Shown: piece by piece, positions 56,040-64,000 of the stretch
Layout: each line of letters begins with the position of its first letter
Position numbering within the stretch: the stretch's first letter is position 1
Assembly: GCF_006345805.1 (NCBI RefSeq)
Contig: NW_021833261.1
Location: 1 to 64,000, forward strand
DNA from: Octopus sinensis
Taxonomy: Eukaryota
Direction of reading: 5' to 3'
DNA length: 64,000 nucleotides
The notes under the pieces: generated by a model
Database searches by the model: none
Seen by the model: the letters and a program-made list of their open reading frames with translations, nothing else
What the model was told of the DNA's origin: nothing
Translations under genes and position numbers: made by a program

Positions 56040-58850
56040 ACTTCAGCCTGCTCAATCTGATGGGTATCTAAGAGATCAGCAGTGAATTTTTTGCTCTCTT
56101 TGAGAATAGAGTGATGTTTTTTTGGTCTTTCATGTTTTTTCAACAAGTTTTAGCATCCAATCGTTGGTTGCTTCGAGGTATTTGGCCAGTCCGATTGTGG
56201 TGGTTTTGTATGTAAGTTCAAGCTGGATCAAACCTCGACCTCCCTGAGCTCTGGGAAGGTAAAGGCGATCTTATTGGTGCATCTTATTGCAAGTCAGTAG
56301 CTTGCAGATTTTTCTGTCAATTTTCATTATTTCACTGGTATTCCAGTTAAGCATATGGAAACTATAAAGAACAACTGGTACTGCTAAGGAATTTATGGCT
56401 AACACCTAATTATATGCATTCAGCTCAGACTTCAGGACTGCTCGAACTCTTCTATAACATACTTTCCTAACCTTCTCTTTCATGCTTGTATGCTGGATAC
56501 TAGAGCCTTCATTTATTCCTAGGTATTTATAGATTTGTTCCTGCTCAAGTTCCTTTATTACTATTTCGACATCTAATTCAATTGAACTAGACTTTACCAA
56601 TTTCCCTTTCTTAAAACTGGCTTTGGCACACTTTTCAAGGCCGAACTCCATTCCGATATCATCACTGAATCCTTTCACAGTATTGTAATAATCCTTCAAG
56701 CTCTTCATCATCTTTGCCATATAGCTTTAAGTCATCCATATAAAATAGATGGCTTTTTTTCCTGTTGTCAATTTTGTAGCCATATCCTGTTCTATTCAGT
56801 TCACTTGAGAGTGGTATTAGTGCTATGCAGAAAATTAGTGGTGAAAGTGAGTCACCTTGGAAAATTCCGCAGTTGATGCTAATGTTGTTTGAGTGCAATA
56901 CTCCATTAGAATGATATAATTGGAGCTTCGTGTTCCATAGTGACATATTATACTTTAAAATATCTGAAATCACAGGAGAAATTTTGAAAATGTTCAGTGA
57001 TTTCAGAATCCACGAATGTGGTATTGTCAAAGGCTTTTTTATAATCAATCCATGAAGAGCTGAGATTTCTGCGCTTGTTATGGCAGTTCTCAAGTATCAT
57101 GCGATTAATTAGGAGCTGATCTTTGCATCCGTATGAGCCTCCTCGGCATCCTTTTTGTTCAGTGGGAAAGAGGTTATTCTCTACCATAAACGTATATGTT
57201 TTCTCTACTAGAATAGATGTCAAAATCTTACAGGTAGTAGATAAACATGTTATAGGCCGGTGGTTTTTTGGGTCTTTCGTTTTGTTATTTTGGGGGAGGA
57301 GGTAAGTAATACCATTTACCATCCAATGTGGTGTTTTTTCCGGGTCTTTCATGATACTATTAAATAGTATTACTAACATTTTGTGTGCGGACGAGAGTGA
57401 TGAGAGCCAGAAATTTGGTAGTCTATCAATACCAGGGGATTTCCACTTATGAGCCTTCGTTAGTGCCCTCCTTATGTCGGCGATTGAGATGTCTTCCCAT
57501 ACCTGTTCTTGTAGATTTTTTTAGGCATCTTGGGTGCGTTTGATCCACTCTGCATTTTCATTGTATGGTTTCTCATCACTCCAGATCCCCTTCCAAAGGT
57601 TTTCAATTTCTTCCATTAGGGGTGAATTTTCAATGGTTACTTTTTCGTTCCTTATTTCCCTGTAAAATGATTTGGCATTGGATTTGAACATATTTTGTTT
57701 GTAGAATTTGATTCTTTTCTCAAATCTGCGTATTCTCTGAGCTTTTGCTTGAACTTTTTGTTTAAGTGTTTCTTTCGCTGACATTAGTTCTTCTCTTGTT
57801 GAGTGTCCATATTTTCTCACAATCTTCCTGCCTTTTCTTGATCTTACATCATTTACAGAGATTAGCTCAGTTAATATTGATATCTCCCTTCGCAATGATT
57901 CAATTTCAGTTTCAATTCTACTCCTCCAGTTTGATTTTCTTTTCGAATTTGGTATTATTGGCTTTTGGGGTATTAAACAACGTCTTTCGATTACCTTAGC
58001 GACAGAGTAAATAATTTCATTGAATTTATTAAGATCGGGTTTTAGTTGTTGTATGATTTCTTGTGTAACGCAGTTGCCAATTTTTATTTGTGTTTTATGT
58101 TGGTGTGCATTTGAGAGTTTATGGAGTGGTTCCCTATCATTCATAGTTGCATGGCCTACAACTGCAAGCTCATTCAGAACTTCTTGCTTCATTTCAATGA
58201 TAGATTTTCTGTGTTGTTCAACAAATATGTGGTCTTCAAATTCTGTTTCGACATCATTTTCCGGGCTGTTTTTCTAGGGTCATTATATTTTCCTTCTTCT
58301 TCAGGATCTTGAGTCGTTTCGGCAGATGGTCGCCTTTCAGTCAATGCTTGTGGCCCAACATGCCTCTTCTCAGCTTCGTTATTTCTTTCCTGACTTACAT
58401 TTAAGTCATTCTCTACCACGTTTTTAATAGAGGTTAATTCTGCATCTGTGAGTCTGGCATTTCTGAAGATATCTCTTCTAACATTTGCTAATCTGTTTTC
58501 ATCCAGGTTTGGTCTGCTAGCTGGATTCCGGCTCTTCCAAATTCTGTAGGAGTTTGCGGTGTGTTTTTCTTCGGTTGGCCTGCTTAATGCAAAGTAATAA
58601 GCATATGTTACTTCTTTATATTCTTCCCGGTTCCATTTAGTTCTTTTACTTTTTTGATTTTCTGGTCGTTGTGGTGGTGAACTTTAGGGGCTTAATTTGG
58701 GACAAATCCCGTTTAAGTGACCTTCCAGGTTCAAATTCGGGGAAGATATTCTGCCATTTGAAATTTTTTTGCCATCAGGCTGGCAGCTTCCTTTATAACC
58801 ATTGGACAAGCGATTCGGTGTACTGTTAAAAATTTTCTTTTCAAGTAAAG
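56040..58850 (-). mobile_element. R4/Dong LINE, 3'-truncated; same family as 45100-47610
   Basis: KWNREEYKEV, NHRPITCL, GIFQGDSLSPLIF, YMDDLKLYGK; several frameshifts. Confidence 0.9.
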
Positions 58851-59061
58851 TTAAATTATTAAGTATTCATTAAAAAAATAAATAAAATAAATAAAATAAA
58901 ATACGAATAAAAGATTTATTGCTGCTGCTACAACTACTGGGGCTGCTACTGTTGCTAATGATGATAAAAGAGGCCCTCTATATGAAAATTAGTGGTTAAA
59001 TCTTATTACTATCATTATTATTATTATTATTATTATATTATTATTATTATTATTATTATTA

Positions 59062-59759
59062 TCCTCTCTTTTAGCACCACAATATTATCACAATATTCAT
59101 GTCTATTAAAGAGTAGAAAATTTATCTATTTATTATTTCTCATTATTCATAAATAATAAAACTATACAACGTGAAACAGTTCCACCACCATTACGAAAAA
59201 CTACAAAAGACAACATTGATTTATCTATTTTCTTCTTCTTACAGGAAGATGTCCTTTAGATTTTATTGACAAAGCTAGTATACCTTCGAGTACCTTTGAT
59301 AGCTTGAGTTACTTTACTGACATCAGTTACACGAAATGTCTGCTTCGAAGATCATAGAACTGCTGAATTGCGTTTTTACAAGGATTGGACTTACACCGAA
59401 ATAAACAGAGGTAAGGGCGTCATTTTCTTGTTTTTATTTATTTATTTTGTTGGAATTATACACAGTCAGTTGGACAAGACTAAGGCACCACCTTCAAAAA
59501 TGTGTTAGTCTGTTATATTGAGGTCAGGACTTTGATTTACTTGGCTCTATCATTGGTTAAGTCCAACGTCATATAAAGGTACGGACTCAATACCAAATTA
59601 GATAGATAGATAGATAGATATATAGATAGATATATAGATAGATAGATATATAGATAGATAGATAGATAGATAGACAGACAGATAGACAGTTAGATAGCTA
59701 GGTAGATAGATAGGCTGACTGACAGACAGATTGACAGAGAGACAGACAGACAGACAGAC

Positions 59760-59816
<57 letters not shown>

Positions 59817-61850
59817 CATACATACATACATACATACATACATACATACATACATACATAGATAAACAGATGCATACATACATACATTCACGGATGCATG
59901 CATGCATACATACATACGTAGATACATACATACATACATACATACATACATACTTGCATTCATACATATATAGATGCATGCATGCATACATACATAATAC
60001 ATGTACACGCACACACTCATGCGAAGAGTTAACTACTAAATACTCGATGAACAAGAGGGATAAAGATAGCCCCAAACCTCCATGCTGTGATGAAAAATGT
60101 CGGCTCTGTGGAAGATATCAGTCCTAAGCAATGCTGATTTTTGTAGGTGTTCTATATTCACACTTGCAGCAGTCTTTTTCAGCCATGTTGGCAGTTCAGT
60201 GTTGATATTTCCAAGTGCACCAATTATAATTGCTATCAATTCTCCTCTCTTCATTGGCCCCAACCTTCGTATTTCTCACTTCAAATGGTCTTCACCTTGA
60301 TCCTGTTGTCACCGGGCATGCTGTTCCCATTTTTATACATGTTCTTCCATATAAAAATTCACCATAACGATGTCTGGTTTCTGATATCTGGTCAGGTGAT
60401 TTCCATGGATCATTGCATCTGACAGGATTTTGCAATTCTCATTTTCGATGACTCCTTCAGGCGTTTGCTCAACGTCTTTGCTCTTTGTAGGCCGTGATTT
60501 CCACAGAACTCCTAATGGGTTATTCGTGCCACATCGTCATGGCATCTTTTGTATAAGCGTTGTGTCAATTTTGGGCATATTAGTGCTTCTGTCTCTATCT
60601 TCAGGTCACTCCTCCTCATTCATAACCACCGGTCCTCTCTTATATGTCTTGGCGTTCACATCTCTTGCAAAATGACCGTACATTTTCTTTACCTTCGATG
60701 CTTTTTCTTTTTTCGTTCATTTTTTTGCTTTAAGTTCTCTTTAGTTACACAATTTTCAGTGTCGATGATGCCATCTTTCCTGTGTTTCAAGAATGGTTTC
60801 ACAACATTTTGTATATTCCACCCTAGGCTGTTTTTTTTTTCTGCTTCGATACAGTCCTAGTACCTGATCAAGCCACTCCCACACTTTCTTCGGGACAAGT
60901 GTCACTTTTAGGGTGGAAAGCTCTGTGCGCTGTCAAAATGTTTCTGGTCTTGGTATTCTTCATTTCTCTCCTTTGCCATTTTATAATTCCCACTCCATAC
61001 CGAAGTGATGCTATCGCCCACGTATCGACTGCTTGGATTTTATTCTATCCAGTCAATTTTGAGCGCAACACCAACCTCAGTCGTCTGACATACTAGGGCC
61101 CCTAGTCTGTCTATGAAGATAGCTTCCTCATAGACAGACTAGGACCCCAAATTAACAACATGCTGGTTATTTTCAGCCAGTATATTATTCAGCTACATCT
61201 GGGTGCGTGTATAGCGGTATGGCTACCAAGTTTCTCTTATGTTATATTTTATAGCATATATTTTCTAGTTAGTTTGTTTACAGTTAATGCAACGCTACTT
61301 ATTATGTTTCCTATTTGGAAATAGATAAAATTATTTAGCTTTTAAAGTAGGGATATATAATGATAAGACCGTCACTTATAACTTAAGTGTTATCATTATA
61401 CGCAGTCCTAACTACAGCTATATAAATGCCGTAGAGAAATATACTTTCTGGAACGCTAACGAACATTAGCGGGCATGTATATTAAATATATTTTCGTGTT
61501 CTTTTGACTGCTATAAAAAGTACAGTTTAATAATTACAGAAATACATTTCATATATAGTTTAAGAACTTCCTGCATGGATGGTAGTCCAGGGATCATTCT
61601 CAAATTATCTTCAGTTCATTTTTTTATCGTCCCAAGTGCTTCTACAATCACTGGTATTGTAACCGTCTCGTGATGCCATCTTTGCTCCTACTACTGTGTG
61701 GAATTATTAAATATTGTTTAGTTTCGACTTTTGTCTTGTACTTGAGATTATCAAAAATATGTGAGGGCTGGAGGTGATTGTAGGAGAAAGAGGAGTAGCT
61801 TAGGGGTGGGGCGGATTTTTTTGAATTTTCCTTTCCTTTCTTTTAGGTTT
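59062..61850 (+). repeat. Third segmental duplicate (matches about 2135-3005, 4095-4518 and 5130-5400)
   Basis: Colinear blocks at 59062-60115, 60750-61180 and 61578-61850. Confidence 0.85.
59245..59410 (+). pseudogene. Pseudo-exon A3: third copy of the variable PAN exon with an internal frameshifting deletion
   Basis: Splice sites identical to A1/A2 but only 166 nt. RCPLDFIDKASIPSSTFDSLSYFTDISYTKCLL is followed by loss of about 71 nt (three Cys) and an in-frame TAG; the tail DHRTAELRFYKDWTYTEINR is out of frame. Confidence 0.85.
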
Positions 61851-63610
61851 CGCGAGTCGGACATCTTTACAGAAGTTTCCTCATTTAAACTTGCAGTTTT
61901 GATACAACCATTTGGTTTATTTTTGTCTTGTTTTTTCTTAATCTTAAATCTATTATTCAAGAAGGATATTGTCATTTTAAGAACACAAGTGTTTGGAACT
62001 GAATTGGAACTGGTTATATGATAAAGAGCGTGGTTGGATAGCTTAGAAATTCCTCTCAAAATCGCGTGACCCTAAAACACAGTATTTTCGGCTAGTACAT
62101 TTTACCATCATCTCAAGTCGACCAAAGCTTTGTAAGTGAAATTACAGAGAAACTGTGTAGAATCCTGTCCAGTTGGTAACAGTTGTAATTTAAAGGTGAA
62201 ACCGTGTCGCATTGTCTCAATCTGATTCTATCTGAGAATGTTCTGTGACTTGTACACTAATTCAATGAGTAAGTTGTCCTGAGGATCGAATTCATCGTCG
62301 AAATCAACGGAGATCCACGTAATCATCATATCAAATGTATTTTCATAATTCTTCTCAAATTCTTATCGTCAGTTCTATGTTAGTAAGATTTCTACTTTGT
62401 AATTAACCTTGTTAATTTCTGAGAGTGTGCAAGAGATCGTGAAATTGTTTAAATTGCTGATATCATCATTTACCGTTGATTACCAATATGTTAGAATGCT
62501 GAACATCCTTTGCTACACTGCTTATAGTGTCCCTTCGTTCGGATCTTCTATTGATTTCTGTATACGTTCTAAAATCTCGTCAGCTTAATAGGAATTTATC
62601 CGACTGATACAGCAACAGAAAAAAGAATAATATTCCTCACGGTCATTAGATGTGTGTGTGTGTGTGTGTGTGTGTCCACATCCATTTTATTTAGAATTCT
62701 CTTTTGAATTTTGTTTGTTTGGAATTATATTTCTCCCAAATTTCGCGACAAAAGTTTGCAGTAATACTCATACCAAAGCACCTCAAATTCCAGCCCTTAA
62801 AAACCGTTCTCTGCCCCTCACTCTATTTTATATACTTCCCCTTTCGCTAATTGACCCCCACTTCATTTATCGTTACATACATACACGTTGCACACATACA
62901 CGCCACACACACACGCGCGCGCGCGCGCGACCGCACACAAATTCACACAGGCATACACGTGAATACGTGGACGATAATCTTCTCAACAGAAGTGTTACAA
63001 CCATTTCCGGTTGTTTATATGCGTCAACCCTGTGTATGTCTATTGCTGGTATATTATTGTCACGTAATACAGCCTGGAATGAAATGGAGAATAGCGAGGA
63101 GACTCCGGAAAGGAGATACAGAAAAGGAGATTAAGGAGAGAAAGACAAAGAGAACAGAGATCAGATTTCGGTGAGGAACAACTGGAAGCTACACAGAAAG
63201 CAGATTGTGGCTATTGGTTAAACCGAAGAGGAAGAACATGCACGCTAAGAAGTAAGGCCTCTGACGATCGTAAATATTGCTTGTAACAGAGATTGCAGTG
63301 CCGGCAGGAGAAGACATAGATTACCAGCTGTCAATGAAATTTCTATATTTTCGAGACATTCCCATGGACAGGCTCCATTCAATAAAGATTTTCGAGTTTA
63401 TCCACAAAAATAATGATGTGTCACTGATTAATCTAAACGTTTTCAAGTCGAAATTGAGCCCGAAGACATACTTTGTTTTTCTCCTTTCCGTGAACCAGGA
63501 TGGCAACAAAAAATGGTAGAACTATTCCATATTTTAGTGATGAGGAATTCTGTACATTGGTTATATTATTAGGAAGGATATGTGTCCTCGGGCATATATA
63601 TATATATATA

Positions 63611-63687
63611 GCCACGGGAATATAGCGTAATGGTTAAGGGCGCGGGCTACTATCCTCAAGATTCCAAGTTCAATTCCAGGCTGTATA

Positions 63688-63688
<1 letters not shown>
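63611..63688 (+). mobile_element. Short tRNA-derived SINE followed by (AAT)n
   Basis: tagcgtaatggttaagg A-box and gttcaattcc B-box; no good acceptor stem. Confidence 0.55.
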
Positions 63689-63764
<76 letters not shown>

Positions 63765-63766
<2 letters not shown>

Positions 63767-64000
63767 GATATGGCATGCCCTGTTGACAAACTATGCAATA
63801 AAGAATAAAGAAATGTCGATAGATATGACAGGTTAACTAGGGAGCTTAAGTAGTTGTTTTCGATGAAAATGGTGGTAGTAGTACCAGTAATTGTCGGGGT
63901 CCTGGGAACAGTGAGTAAAAATCTTGAGAAGTCCATGGAACAAATAGAGGCGGCAATAAAGGAGGAGAACTTGCATAAAACAGCACTACTTGGAATTGTT
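63765..64000 (+). mobile_element. R4/Dong-like 3' endonuclease fragment after (AAT)n
   Basis: IDMACPVD...VVPVIVGVLGTVSKNL...LHKTALLG. Confidence 0.7.

Noticed and set aside
63611-63688. Possible tRNA gene (also 52858-52940 and 53272-53345)
   Set aside because: A/B boxes are present but the cloverleaf is poor, and the context is SINE body or simple-repeat tail.

Overview
AT-rich, microsatellite- and transposon-dense animal DNA, most likely an octopus (inferred from the tRNA-derived SINE families). Most of the window is transposon debris: many R4/Dong-type non-LTR retrotransposons in (TTA)n tracts, Penelope-like elements with hammerhead-like motifs, and mariner, DD41D, hAT, Helitron, Gypsy and SINE pieces. 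Among them is a tandem cluster of + strand genes for small secreted PAN/apple-domain proteins. One complete 5-exon model can be assembled by hand (20519-20549, 24508-24543, 25100-25357, 38872-39102, 49864-50060; 250 aa; signal peptide + 3 PAN-like domains; all introns GT-AG, phase 1). The 3' half of a paralogue lies upstream (exon 2312-2542 plus two alternative last exons), and a broken third copy of the middle exon lies at 59245-59410. The main signal is that the middle PAN exon is hypervariable between copies: by hand count 34/76 residues differ, with only one synonymous change among the 42 conserved residues. Its flanking introns and the terminal PAN exon stay much more similar. This suggests a diversifying 'variable + constant' recognition or effector protein family. 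All counts are manual, transposon boundaries are approximate, and no database searches were run.
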